64,000 nucleotides of DNA from Octopus sinensis (GCF_006345805.1 NC_043005.1:55676001-55740000), one strand, 5' to 3'; counted from the first letter of the stretch, positions 41,406 to 55,546 are shown. Program-made: numbers and translations. Notes: generated by a model not told the origin, from the sequence alone.

Positions 41406-42042
41406 TCTATATATATAAAACTGTAGTTGTGTGAGTGTCTGTCCCCTTCGATTTAGATTCCTAACTACTCCCACATTTTTCGGTGGCAGTTTAACAAATT
41501 CGGGTAGCTTATAGTCGTGATTCATATCGAACCCGTCTGAGTATTAGCGCGCGTCTTACGATGAGTCTACGATTTTAAAAATAATTAACATCATTTTTAT
41601 TCCCATTTTAATGCATAATTTTTCGTGTGTCGATGGCGGCGGAGTGGCGTCCACGCTCACACTTGCACCTGTGGGGAAGGGAGTGTAAGGAAATCAACGT
41701 CGTAATGCGTTGTCAAGGGACCAGTGTTCTTTTAGAACAACGACTTCATGGCTTGAAGACACCAAAACAGAAATGGCTAAGAAAGCGTCTACATGAGTCT
41801 ACGATTTAAAAAAAAATTTACCATCGTTTTTTTTTTTTTCCATTTTAATGCATTTTTTTCGCTATTATAAGGGAAGTAACTCTCTAAAATGTCTACGATG
41901 AGTCAACGATTTTAAAAAAATTTTACCATCATATTTTTTCCATTTTTAATGCATTTTTTGCTATTTTTGGCTATAACTCTCTAAAAATGCTTATATAGTT
42001 ATTTCCCTTACAAACCCGAGCAACGCCGGGCGATACTGCTAG
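41406..42042 (+). mobile_element. Non-autonomous Helitron, second family
   Basis: A|TC start; hairpin CCCGAGCAACGCCGGG then CTAG|T; three internal repeats of CTACGATGAGTCTACGATTTTAAAA..CCATTTTAATGCAT. Confidence 0.88.
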
Positions 42043-43739
42043 TATATATATATATGTAAGTATTTATGTATGTATGTATATATGTATATATATATATGTG
42101 TGTATATATATGTATGTATGCATATATATATATGTAGTCATGGATATATATATATAAATATATACACACACATGTACTCACATACACACACACACACACA
42201 CACAGACACACCACACACATACATACATATTGAGCATGCAAAACATTAAATGTCAAAGAAAACCATGAGTATATTCATTCTTAACATATTCCAACAGATA
42301 TGATTATATTTTTCAAGTCTGCTTGAACACGTCAAGGAATGACTACTGTGTTTTCCAGCATGCAATTTGAATCTTTAGACAAAAATTTACAACTAAAGAA
42401 AAAAAAATGGCTAGGTTGATATATGAGTATAAACCAGGACAATTCTGGGAGAACCAAGAATTCCATGTGAAATGCAGCAGAATCTGAAAAGATAGCGACA
42501 CATTGTGAATGTTTATGTTTCATGCTTATAAAAGATGCTATGTTGAATTCTATGTTGGAAAATATGGTCTACACATAATTTCAAATACACACACATACAC
42601 ACACACGCATATATTTTAAAGAATGCAGTTGTGTGTGGTCAGAACAATGCAAGAAGGTACAAAGCAAACAACAAAAGGAAAAGAAAAACAGAAGAAAGTT
42701 GCAGTTTTACCTTTTATTTCTATATTTTTGAGTGAGACCCCCATCTTCAGGACATTTGGAAAGTAGACCAATGATCAAACATACTTAAACTGAAACCAGC
42801 CTCTGTGTGTGTGTGTATGTGTGTGCATATGCATAAATATATAAATAAAATTTGGGACTTTTTGCGGAGGGTGAAAGTGGTAACAAGAACAGGCCAGTGA
42901 GAACAAAACAGTAAAAACAAATGGTTAGGGCTGTTAAGCCAAGACGATAGAAAAATTATTATGAATGCTAGGAAGGCGAGCTTATGAGAGGAGACAGTAT
43001 ATTTAATCTGCTTTGCGGGAACAACTGTTTCAATGAACTCATGTATTGTCCTTGCCTTTGAAACACGGAGTAGATGAAACAGGGACAATTGAAGAAAGGG
43101 AATATTCTTTATGTTGTATGTCTTGTTTCTCTGTTATTTTCGTTGTTCAAAAAAAAAGTTCGTTTCTATGTTTTTGTTTTTATGCTTTAGTTCCTCATTA
43201 TGTTCAACATTTTTTTGATGTCCTATACCCATATATGCATGTATATATACATATATATGTAGGTATGTACATATATGTATGTATATATGCAAATATTTGT
43301 ATATTATTTATATTATTATATCATCGAATGCCACGCATCCTTTTCCAAGTAAGTATATATATATATAAGTTGGTTTCATTTAGAGTATGTTTGACCATTG
43401 ACCTGCTTGATGGTACAGAACTAATGCTAAACAGCAACAGTAACAAGATGACCAGCAATTTGAAAATCTCTTTGTGATCGCCTACCTAAACTACCTGAAA
43501 TACATCCTAAAAAACAATGAATTTGCTTTTGTAAGCCTCAATTGACTATGACTGGAAAATAAGAGTTATATGATCACAGCTGGAACATTTTTGCTCATAA
43601 ATCATCTTGATCAGGACTGATCCAGGGTTAATGAACGCAAGCAGCAACAACAATACGAAAACTTAAACATCAGGCAAATGTATTTTGAGAGAAAGACATA
43701 CTCAGTTATATTACCCTACAGGATACTCCATCAGTTACA

Positions 43740-44310
43740 ATGGTAAGCATTCCAGTTGATTTGATCAACAGAACAGCCTCCTTGTGAAATTAACGTGCAA
43801 GTGGCTAAGCACTCCACAGGCATGCATACCCTTAAGGTAGTTCACAAGGAGATTCAGCATGGCATAGAATGTGACAAGGCTGGCTCTTTGAAATACAGGA
43901 ACTACTCACTTTTACCAGCTGGAGTAATCATCATCATCATCATCATCATCATCACATCATCATCTCGTTTAATCATCTGTTTTCCGTGCTAGCACGGGTT
44001 GGACGGTTCGACCGGGGTCTGGGAAGCCAGGGGCTGCACCAGGCTCCAATCTGATCTGCAGTGTTTCTACAGCTGGATGCCCTTCCTAACGCCAACCACT
44101 CCGTGAGTGTAGTGGGTGCTTTTTACGTGCCACCGGCACAGGTGCCAGGGGAGTCTGGCAGCGGTCACAATCGGTTGGTGCTTTTAACGGCCACCGGCAC
44201 AGGTGAAAATAAAATGCCTTGCTTAAGGACAACGTGCTGCCAGGTATCAAACTCGTGACCCTATGACCCTGAGCTAAATACCCTAGCAACTAAGCCATGT
44301 GCCTTCACTC
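43740..44310 (-). mobile_element. SINE family D interrupted by a family C insertion (about 43925-44205)
   Basis: The D sequence stops at CCAGCTGGAGTA and resumes at GTGAAAATAAAATGCCTTGC after the (CAT)n-headed C copy. Confidence 0.8.
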
Positions 44311-45555
44311 ACTTATATTGAGTACTTCCTTCTGCCAAAGTAGACTTTACCTTTGAAAGTCTACTTTAGCAGAACTTGAACTCATAAATCAGACAGCAAA
44401 GGGTTTTAACTAAATGCCAATATAGTAAGATCTTTTGTTGTCCTGTACTCCACTAAGTTTAGACTACATACAGACAATCAAACTGTTATAAGACAGCCAA
44501 AAATTCTTGATTCTTAGATTAATGTAAACATGAAAGCAAAGCTGAAGGAATATTTTATTTTGGTTTTACTTGGAAAAAATGTGGGCCTGACTGAATTTTT
44601 TTTTTTTTTTTTAATTGAAGTGTGATATCTGTCATGATATTTCAGTTTAGACTAGCGGCAATGTTTTTTTCTTCCTAAGTTGTTATGAAAAGAGTGCAAG
44701 AGTGCCAAACTTTCAGTTCTTTAAAAGAACTGGAACTAGGTAGATATTTTGGGAAAAGGTCAGCAGTGTCATAAAAGTGGGGTTTCTGGTAGAAAAAGAC
44801 CATTTTGAGAGTGAAAGAAAGAGAAGGATAAAAAAAAAAGTGAGTAAAAACATTGAAGAACAAAATAAATGTAAATACAAACAGAAAATGAGAATCTACG
44901 ATAATTTCAGTCTTAATGTATTTTAAAACTTGGTGGAGAATAAATGGATTATTGATTCCAAGGCTATTAAAGACTGTGTAAGAATGGCAGCCGATTCTGA
45001 CGGAATTAACAAAGAATTCAGACTTGTAGAATGCATAGGTAAACCTTTATATTTAACCTTCAAATTGACATATTGGATGTGGTAGGAACTAGGCCAAAGA
45101 AGATGTGAATGTATGGCTTGCTCTCTTCCCACACCTATTGGTCTTTCTCACAGTCACTCTTCCTTTCTTTCTCTATTTCTTCCTTTCTATCACTTTCTGT
45201 CTTTGTCTCTCTTCCTCTCTATTTGCATCTAGAGAGGGAGAGAGAGGTGTATACATTTGTATATACTTGTGTATACATTCAAACATATATATATATATAT
45301 ATATACACACACATACACACATACACACACATAAACATATATATACATATATATATAAGTGCGTGTGTACAGATTTATACATATGTACATATTTACATGT
45401 ATGTATATATATATATATACACACATATACATACATATATAAATATATATATATACATATATATGTATATATGTGTGTGTATATACGTATATCTATGTAT
45501 GTTTGTACATGTATATATATATACATATATACATATGCATATATACTTATATATG

Positions 45556-45597
<42 letters not shown>

Positions 45598-46264
45598 ATA
45601 TATGCATACATATATGTATATATACACACACAAAAACACACACACACACACATACACACACACACATGTGCACGCACACATAAATATATATGATTCCTAA
45701 TCTAATATTTATGAAAAAGATTTTTTTTAAATAATAGTGACAAGGACCAAGAAAAGTAATTTTGAGTTCTGTAACTTTTAGAAAGAGAGGGTTGTAGGGT
45801 GGAAAAAGAGAGAGAGGAGTATGTGTATATGTGTATATGTGTATATAACTTTGTAGATATATGTAGAGTTTGCTTTGTTTTTTTTTTTGTTTTTTAATTT
45901 TTTTGTCTTCCTTCTCTTGCAGTTTTTTTTTTTTTTCTGCTATTCGTTTTAAAGAAAACTTGCTTGACTGAATGTTTTGACAGAAGTGACATGTTGAAGT
46001 GTGCTGTCATGTACAATGATAGGAAGTTCAATGATGCTATTGGTGGTTTGGGTATCTGATTTATTGAATGAAACATATCATGTTGGAATTACACAGCCAC
46101 ACCAGCAGACACTGAGACAGTCTGAACCGGGATCATCATTTGAAGCAAGGTTTCTCATCAGTTAGCAAACAAACTGATGATGAAAGAACTATAATCAGGG
46201 TTTGCCAAAATAAGTCATGAATAACAGCAGAAACAAAACAAAAACCAATGAGGTACGTATAGGA

Positions 46265-46500
46265 GAAAAGGCAGCAAGCTGGCAGAATTGTTAACACACC
46301 AGACAAAACTATCATTTCATCTGTCTTCTGAGTTCAAATTGTGCTAAGGTCAACTTTGCCTTTCATCCTTTCGAGTTCAATGAAGTAAGTACCAGTGAAA
46401 TTTTGGGGTCAATTTAAATGACTATCCCATCTCCTGAAATTTCAGGCTTTGTGCCTGCAGCAGAAAGGATTATTATTATTATTATTATTATTATTATTGA
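46265..46500 (+). mobile_element. SINE family B variant with (ATT)n tail
   Basis: GGCAGCAAGCTGGCAGAATTGTTA..GGTCAACTTTGCCTTTCATCCTTTCG..GAAAGGATTATTATT. Confidence 0.85.
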
Positions 46501-47049
46501 GTGAGAGAGCTGTGCATGCCATCAAAGTGACACTGGGGTTAATTATACGAAGCCCAGCATACCCATCATGACTACCCGTCTGATAGGGGTACACCAGGCA
46601 CATGCATCACAACCATATGTGCGCAACATGGTGATCTCATATCAAGATAAACAGATCATGACCTTGCAGGTGGGGCCCAGTTAGAATTTTCTTCAGGTCG
46701 AGTAGCCCATCCTGCTCAAAAGGTCCCTGAATAAGGGTTGCTTTAGGATGTTGAACGAAACACCTGTTTCCAGAGGTGAATTATTCAAACTCCAAAGAAT
46801 CCCTCTCAACACATGGCTATGATGCTCCCCCACTACTTCTGCTCGTGATCAGAGATGCACGTATTGTCAGCCACTAAGGGACATGCTCAACTGGTTAAGG
46901 TCAAACAATTGACAAGCAAATCTGTGGTATTGAGCAGAATATTTGCTGTAGCCCATCTTTATACCAAGACAAAACAATGTACATGATGACACTTCCAATC
47001 AGTTAAGATCAGAAGCCATGAGAGCCACTGCCTGGTACTGCATCAGGGC

Positions 47050-47052
<3 letters not shown>
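46497..47052. mobile_element. ~550-bp non-coding interspersed element flanked by (ATT)n
   Basis: Bounded on both sides by ATT repeats; partial second copy at 21925-22090. Confidence 0.7.
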
Positions 47053-47127
<75 letters not shown>

Positions 47128-47128
<1 letters not shown>

Positions 47129-47537
47129 CAGTAGTTTTATTTTTTATAGCGTGCTTTCAGTTCACTACTGAGTGCAGCTCTGTGTGCCTTGGGTATGTGC
47201 TGTGATTTGTTGTGATGCTCTGATGGTTACTGTATTGAAAGTGTTTTGCGCAGGATGTGTGCAGTGCCCAGTAGTGCAATTTTCTGTATGTTATATGTGT
47301 TTGTAAGTCCTGGTGTTTTTGTTATTATTTGTCTGAATATTTTTCTATCATACCTAATGCGCCTGCTATGATAGGGATTGTTTCCGTTTTTAGATTCCAC
47401 ATTCATGTTACCTCTATTTCCAGGTCTTTGTATTTTGAAAGTTTCTCCATTTCTTTTAGAGACATGTTCTCATCTGCTGGTATTGATACATCAATTAGAA
47501 AGCATTTTTTTCTTCATGATCTCTGACAATTATATCT
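47128..47537 (-). pseudogene. 3' end of an R4/Dong-like non-LTR retrotransposon (restriction-like endonuclease domain plus 3' UTR)
   Basis: DIIVRDHEE/KCFLIDVSIPADENMSLKEMEKLSKYKDLEIEVT*MWNLKTETIPIIAGALG..IQKIALLGTAHILRKTLSIQ*: PD..D..K..KY..L pattern; (TAA)n on both sides; second 3' tip at 48352-48440. Confidence 0.85.
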
Positions 47538-47542
47538 TATAT

Positions 47543-47544
<2 letters not shown>

Positions 47545-47596
<52 letters not shown>

Positions 47597-47631
47597 TATT
47601 ATTATTATTATTATTATTATTATCATTATCA

Positions 47632-47710
<79 letters not shown>

Positions 47711-47718
47711 CATTATTA

Positions 47719-47770
<52 letters not shown>

Positions 47771-47771
47771 C
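47545..47771. repeat. (AAT)n followed head-to-head by (TAT)n microsatellite
   Basis: Orientation switch at about 47596. Confidence 0.95.
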
Positions 47772-48051
47772 AAGGTGGCGAGCTGTCAGAGCACGGTGGG
47801 CGAAATGCTTAGCAGAATTTTGCTCATTGCTACATTCTGAGTTCAAATTCCACTGAGGTCAACTTTATTTTTCATCCTTTCGGGGTCGATAAATTAAGTA
47901 CCAGTGAAATACTGGGGTCGATGTAATCGACATCCTCTCCTCCAAAATGGCTGCCTTTGTGTCAAAATTTGAATCCATTATTATTAGTAGTAGTAGTGGT
48001 AGCAGCAGCAGCAGCAGCAGTAGCAGCAGCAGTAGCAGCAGCAGTAGCAGT

Positions 48052-48103
<52 letters not shown>

Positions 48104-48235
48104 ATGTGGCGAGCTGGCAGAATCGTTGGCACACAGGACAAAATGCTAAGCAGTATTTTGTCTGCCTTTACATTCTGAGTTCAAATTCCGCTGAGGTTTA
48201 CTTTGTCTTGTGTCCAAATTTGAAATCATTATTAT
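47772..48235 (+). mobile_element. Two stacked family B SINEs separated by (TAG)n/(CAG)n
   Basis: Heads at 47773 (GGTGGCGAGCTGTCAGA) and 48105 (GTGGCGAGCTGGCAGAATCG). Confidence 0.85.
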
Positions 48236-48285
48236 TACTATTATTGTTATTGTTATCATTATTGTTGTTGTTGTTGTTGTTGTTA

Positions 48286-48328
<43 letters not shown>

Positions 48329-49919
48329 CATTATTATTATTATTATTATTCAGTAGTTTTATTTTTATAGCATGCTTTCACTTCACTACCGAGCGCAGCT
48401 CTGTGTGCCTTGGGTATGTGCTGTGATTTGTTGTGATTTCTTCTTCTTCTTCTTCTTATTATTATTATTATTATCATTATTATTATTATTATCATTATCA
48501 TTATTATAAGACATAAATCTCGTAGAATTGCCAGGGCATAAGATAATATACTGTGTGCCATTCATTGTAGCATTTCACAGTCATCAGAGTTTTAATTCTG
48601 TCAAGGTCAGCTTTGCTTTTCATCATTTTGGGGATTGAATAAATAAAATATTGAGGTCAATCCTTTCACATGTTATTCCAACATTGAATAATGGACATAG
48701 TATGAATAGACTGTATCATGATGACTACGTTTGAAAATGAAGGATGAGTGTTGCTAATCTGAAAACTAGCTTTTCTAAAAAATGCAAAGACTTCTTCATA
48801 TGGGGTCCCATTAGTAGTTCTATATAGCAATAATCATATATCATGTAAACAATTCAGTAACATGTGAAGGGATTCAATTTTTTATTGCCAAATGCTAACT
48901 TTAATATGATTCCAAACAATCCTTTTATACCTTTCACACTGAGTTCTACAAGAGAATATTTGGAGATATACATCTTGTAAGAAATTGGAAAGTTATTTAA
49001 TCCTTTGAATGTAGAAAGGGGATATTTCCATTGACTGTGGAAAGTAGTTTTACCCCATGGCTTTAGAAAACTTCTTATGCTACAATAAGTGGAAATTTCT
49101 TCACATATTTCATAAAATATCTCTTAACAGAGTAAGAATCAAATACTGGATTTGAACACTATACCTTCAGAAGATTCCGAAAAAACTGCAACAGAAGTAG
49201 AAAATATCAGTTCTGTTTTTGGTGTATAATTAACATCAATACAAGAATGACCATGAAATTTAACTTCAAAGTCAAAGGGTTAAGACTTGTCTAAATTGTG
49301 TAGATACAATGACGCCCCCCCCCCACCCTTTTTTTTCCTGTTATCCTAGTGAATAAATGAGGGAATTCTAAAAGTAGAAAAGAGCCAACTCTGACACTTC
49401 CTAATTGTAAGAAGACTTACATTGCTGCAGTGAAAGTTCATTGAAAAGTAAGAAAATATGCAGTCTATAGTACATACACATTTTAAATATTAGAACATGA
49501 TGAAAGACACTTAAAGTTTATTGATAGTGTTCAATGGAGAGATAACTTTTTAAGAGAAATACCTTTCAGACAATCAAAATTTAGTTCAGGTTTTATTACA
49601 CACATAGCAATTGGTGCAGACTTGCCATATGTCTTTGACAGAAAATGGTAGGTTACGCACTTTTATGAAATAAAATATTCTTCTTATACCAAAGTGTATA
49701 AAGGAATTATGAAGTAATTTTAACTGTGGTTGTAGAAATAGTAACACAAGTATAAGACAGGTGATCAGCTGAAAGCTTCTCTAAGCAAGTTTAATAGGTC
49801 ATAACGTATGTGTGAAAAGAAAGTGCAATTCTCCAGCACAGAATTTTATTATTAAAAAAAAAAATTATGGAGTTTTAGCAGTTTTTAAATTGTCAAACAG
49901 AAATAAGAAATTTTCAATT

Positions 49920-50100
49920 TTTTTTTCTCAACTTCTAAATTTTCTTTTTTGATGATGTGGTAAAAAGTTTTATTTTTCAGAATTTAGGACCCTGACAAAA
50001 ATGTGACAGATCTACCACTTTGTGATAATATTACTGCAATAGCTTCTTCAGTAGCATCTGTTTCAATAGTAAAAAGCAAATCACCACCAATAGTAACCTC
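49920..50100 (-). pseudogene. Ty3/Gypsy RNase H remnant
   Basis: LLFTIETDATEEAIAVILSQSGRSVTFLSGS*ILKNKTFYHIIKKE corresponds to F.VETDAS..AIAA.LSQ.GRPVAF.SR.L..H...EKE. Confidence 0.75.
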
Positions 50101-50212
50101 AGCTGTTTAGAAAGTTGTGTATGTGTTTTCCATAAAAGTATTGTATCAAATTGATAATAAGTGCTATTTAGATTAGTTTTGCTTATTACACACACACACA
50201 GACATGTATGTA

Positions 50213-51044
50213 CAAGGTGGTATCAAAAGGTTCCCAAACTTGTTATGTTTAATAAAAAAAATAACTTATTCACCTGAGTTTTAACACCATCTTCTTCAAA
50301 ATAGTCACCTCGTATGGCAATACACTGGTCCCAGTGTTCCTGCCACTTTTGGAATCTGGCATGGAAGTTGTTTCCCATGAGTGAATAAAGGACCTTCTGC
50401 GATTCAGTCTGGATCTCAGCAACGGTGTTAATACAGCGATTTTTTGCACTGCATTCTCATCTTGGGGAAGAAATAGAAATCTGCAGGTGCTAAATCTGGT
50501 GAATGGAGCTGGTACGGAAGTGATACCATGTTGTCTTTGGTAGTGCATTATTGTTGTGAAGAATCCAATTCTTTGTACTCCACAAATCTCCTCCCTCAAA
50601 CACTTCAAAACGTTGCAATAGAACTCTCAATTGATGGTCTGGTCCTGGGAGATGAATTCTTGATGCATAATACATTTCCAGGGTGGATGCACGTGGCAGG
50701 TCTTCTAGGGATGTTCTGAAGTACCAGTGCCACTCAAAACATTGCATACAACCCATTGCCTCATTGCTCTAAGCTTGCCAAAGCATGCTCAATGTCTCTC
50801 TAGCAGACTTCCCATGTTTAAAACAAATTTTCACGTTGGCACTTTGTTCCTGTCCATGAGAAAATTCGCAGACTACAGCATACACGTGATCACAAATTTC
50901 ACAACTTGCAAAGTAAACACAGTGATGTCACATGGCACACTGCATCATGAAGATCACTGCTAGCTCTCACTGTGCACACAACCGTGAACTACCATCTGTT
51001 GGTGCACTACAGAACTAGTCCAAGAGCTTTTTGATATCACCTCA
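50213..51044 (-). mobile_element. Internally deleted mariner element
   Basis: TA-flanked imperfect TIRs (CAAGGTGGTATCAAAAGGTTCCCAAACT / reverse complement TGAGGTGATATCAAAAAGCTCTTGGACT); transposase pieces WILHNN..HSPDLAPADFYFFPKM..FQKWQEHWDQCIAIRGDYFE. Confidence 0.9.
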
Positions 51045-51094
51045 TATGTAGACATGCATGAATATGTGTTTGCATATATATATATATATATTTA

Positions 51095-51500
51095 TTCATT
51101 TATTCTTTTATTTGCTTCAGTCATTTAACTGTAGCCATCCTTGAGCACTGCCTTTAGTCAAACAAATCAACCCCAGGACTTATTCTTTGTAAGCCTAGTA
51201 ATTATTCTATTGGCCTCTTTTGCTGAACCACTAAGTTACAAGGATGGAAACACACCAACCTTGGTTGTCAAGCGATGGTGGGGGGACAAACACAGACACA
51301 CAAACACATACATACACACATATATATACATATATATATGACAGGCTTGTTTCAGTTTCCATCTACAAAATCCACTCACAAGGCTTTGGTCAGCCTGAAG
51401 CTATAGTAGAAGATACTTGCCCAAGATGCCACCCAGTGGGACTGAACCCTGAACCATGTGGTTGGTAAGCAAGCTACTTATCACACAGCCACTCCTGCAC
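51095..51500 (-). mobile_element. SINE family A, full length
   Basis: Colinear with 62995-63410 in reverse orientation. Confidence 0.9.
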
Positions 51501-51922
51501 CTCCATATATATTTATATATATTTATAGAAAACTGATTGTTATGACTGGTCAGAGAGTGGCTATTGGTTTAACACCTATAAAATGTTTAGCAGTATAGGC
51601 AACTCATTTGACTCAAATGCCTGAGCCATTTGAATCTGATCAGCTAAACACTTTACAGGTGCAAGACCAATGGTCACTCTCTGACCTGCCATAATAATCA
51701 ACCTTTTATAAATATATTACTGTTCTAATGATTTAGAGTTTGCTTCTTTTGCAGATATATGTGCTTTATATGTGTATATGTATAGTGTATATCATCATCA
51801 TAAAATTTAAATAATGAGGGAGATAAATTGAATATTAATTTAATTAATATCAATTTAAAACCAGTAGCCTAGCATATATAAAAAAATCTGAAAAATCAGA
51901 AACATTTGATACACACACACAC

Positions 51923-52010
<88 letters not shown>

Positions 52011-52427
52011 ATGTATATATGTAAATATGTGTGTGTATATAATATAAATTTCCATCACAAATAATAGAAAACATCAGAATGGTCCAATAAAAGCAACAGG
52101 TATTTGATACAGTTCTGCATTAGATTAATATTCTTTCATACATTCACTCAGTTGGATAACATTACCCAATGTTAAGGCTTTATTTTCAAGTAGTCTGGTC
52201 CCGATAAAATAAAAAGAGGATCTCCTATAAATAAAATCTATAATTTCTTTAAAATTGCAGTCATGAGACAAATATGACAAAATTATGTAAAACTTCATCT
52301 GTGTTTCCATCAGGGTTTTGAAATCGAATAGAAAGAACCTGTTCAGCATTTAAATTCCCAGGCTGAATTCAACTATGCTTCTTCCAGCTGTTTTAAAGCA
52401 ACATTGAAAATTGTTAAAATCTTATAT

Positions 52428-52660
52428 ATATTTCTTTACTACCCACAAGGGGCTAAACACAGAGGGGACAAACAAGGACAGACAAACGGATTAAGTTGAT
52501 TACATCGACCCCAATGTGTAACTGGTACTTAATTTATCAACCCCGAAAGGATGAAAGACAAATTCAACTTCAGCGGAATTTGAACTCAGAATGTAACAGC
52601 AGCCAAAATACGGCTACGCATTTCGCCCAGCGTGCTAACATTTCTGCCAGCTCACCACCT
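52428..52660 (-). mobile_element. SINE family B, full length
   Basis: 11-bp TSD TTAAAATCTTA on both sides. Confidence 0.9.
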
Positions 52661-53834
52661 TTAAAATCTTACATAATGTCCACTACATCATGTTCACTGT
52701 ATAGGAGAAAAGCTGTAGTTTGTTAGGATTAAGGTCAGGCTTGATAGTTTTCAAGAAAATCTCATTTGTCTAAATCCATAGTTCAACCCTTTGACTATAT
52801 AATTAAAACTACATGGTCATTACTGTAATAATGTTATTTATCCACCCAAAAAATAGAATTAATATTTTCTGCACCTGCAATACTTTTCCAGTATCTTCTG
52901 TAGACATGATTTTCATATCCACCACTAAAAGTACTTAAAAAATATTTGATGAAGTACATGGAAAATTAAGAAAATTTGAAAAATTTCTGTTTGTAAAGAG
53001 TGTCAGTGGAGTGTCTTTACTTCTCATGGCGTAAGGAGGAGTTTTTTCAAAGCTATTGAATAAAAATGCTTTCCATTGTTAACGGTGGTAAAATTTTTAA
53101 TGGATATATCTGTTGTCTGCATTCAAAGAGTTAAACTTCTTACCTCATTGTGAGGAGAGTTTGTTTGAATGTTAGATATATCTGGTCGAAGTAACTTGTC
53201 CATTGTGTTCCAGTGACTGATAGATAACATTTGGCTTGGTTAAACTGTGATGGTAAAGAAAGGTTAATGAATTTTTAAAATCCTCAGATTATCAGCTGTG
53301 TCTCTCTCTAAACTCTGAACTCAAATCTCTCAAAAACTGTATAAAATAATTTTAGTAATATCTAGTCAAAAATTCCACTTCCCACAAAAATCAGATACCA
53401 ACTCAACCTTGGTTCTATGATAATAACTTGCTTCTTTAAAGTGTTCTAAATTAACACCTTCTATCAAAATTTTAATGGTAATTTATGTTCCAAACACTAG
53501 CTTAAAAATGAAAAAATTGTTTTGGTAAATTTTTCATTATTTTCAAAATTAACTGAAACAAAGACAGTGTATTTCAGCAAAAATGTGATAACAAAATATT
53601 AACCTTGATAACCTTTTTGTTATCAAATGTTAATTTAATTTTGAAATGACGTTGTTCCATTTGAACTGTATAGTGTGTTGCATGGGCTCACACAGCTGAG
53701 GTGGCCATCTCTCTGTAGTCTGATTCAAAATGAAGACTCTTTAGTAAAGAATTTTTGTAAAAATAATATTGTCCTAGAAGTTTCATTTTGTTATTTTTAA
53801 GTACATCATATATATATAATTATATATATAATTA

Positions 53835-53865
<31 letters not shown>

Positions 53866-54203
53866 ATAGATATAAATATAGATACAGATGCAGATAGATA
53901 GATAGATAGATAGAGATAGATATAGATATAGATATAGATATATACACACATACATATATATATATATGACATCCATCATATGCATATATATACACATATA
54001 TGTGTGTGTGTGTGTATTGTATAAAGGATCATGGGTAAGGCCAGAACAATGCAGAGTAAAAGCAAGGCAAATCACAAGAAAACAAATACGTGAATTAATG
54101 TAGACTTACCTTGCATTCAATATTTTGGGGTTATGGCCCCATCTTCAAGAAATCAATGAATGTTGCAGATGTGCGTGTGTGTGTATGTGTATATATATGT
54201 ATG

Positions 54204-54253
<50 letters not shown>

Positions 54254-54647
54254 TTCAGCAACATTTAGATTCAAATGAATATGGTACTTAATTTAGATGC
54301 ACCAGAATTTTGTATGGTGTCATCCATAAATATATATATATATATATAAATATATATATATATATTTATATATATAAAAATTGAGGGAGATAAATTAATA
54401 TTAATTTTAATATCAATTTAAAACCAGTAGTCCAGCATTCAAAAAATCTGAGGGGCAGAGAAAATTCGAATATGTCCTGCCTGCCAAATTTGGTTCTGGT
54501 GTTCGCTGAATTCTTCCTCTAGAGAATTTCCCTTGTAGTTTGATCGTTGATGATCTTTTTCTAGCATTCTGGCCGGCTACCTAGCAGGCCAGCCCTGCCA
54601 ATATACACATATATTTATATATATATATATGTATATATGTATATATG

Positions 54648-54735
<88 letters not shown>

Positions 54736-55154
54736 TGTGTGTATATATATATAGAGAGAGAGAGATACATACATACATACATATGTATATCTTTATATAT
54801 ATATATGTATGTGAAGACTCAGTCTTCTGCCTAGCCAGCCTGTCAAACTGTCCAACTGATACAAGCTTGAGTGTGTCTATGCATATGATTTTGTGTGCAT
54901 ATGCATGTGCATCTGCTGTGTATGGAGTGTGTGTGTGTGTGTGTGGAGTGTGTGTATAGTTATATGCTTCTGTCTCCTTGTATGTGTATGCGTGTGTGAG
55001 GGGGAGGGTTGTCTGTCTGTTTAAATTGTCTATGTACTTCCTTCCTATGTCTGTACCTACCTGTCTATCCCACAATAAACCAACCAATCTATCTATCTAT
55101 CTGTCTATCTATCTATCTATATACCTACTTACCTAATGTATATATATATATATG

Positions 55155-55455
<301 letters not shown>

Positions 55456-55546
55456 TATATATATTATCAATATATTATATATCTGAATAAGAAGCACACA
55501 CTTAAGTATAGAGCAGTAAAGTATTAAATCACTAAAGTTAAAATCT

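Noticed and set aside
53144-53244. Minus-strand exon-like segment (CAG| .. AG|GTAAGA) that could read MDKLLRPDISNIQTNSPHNE; similar candidates at 54110-54142, 24528-24682, 19665-19733 and 6079-6138
   Set aside because: Good splice-like ends but no recognisable protein, inconsistent phases and stops in most frames. Such motifs are expected by chance in 64 kb of AT-rich DNA. RNA-seq would be needed.
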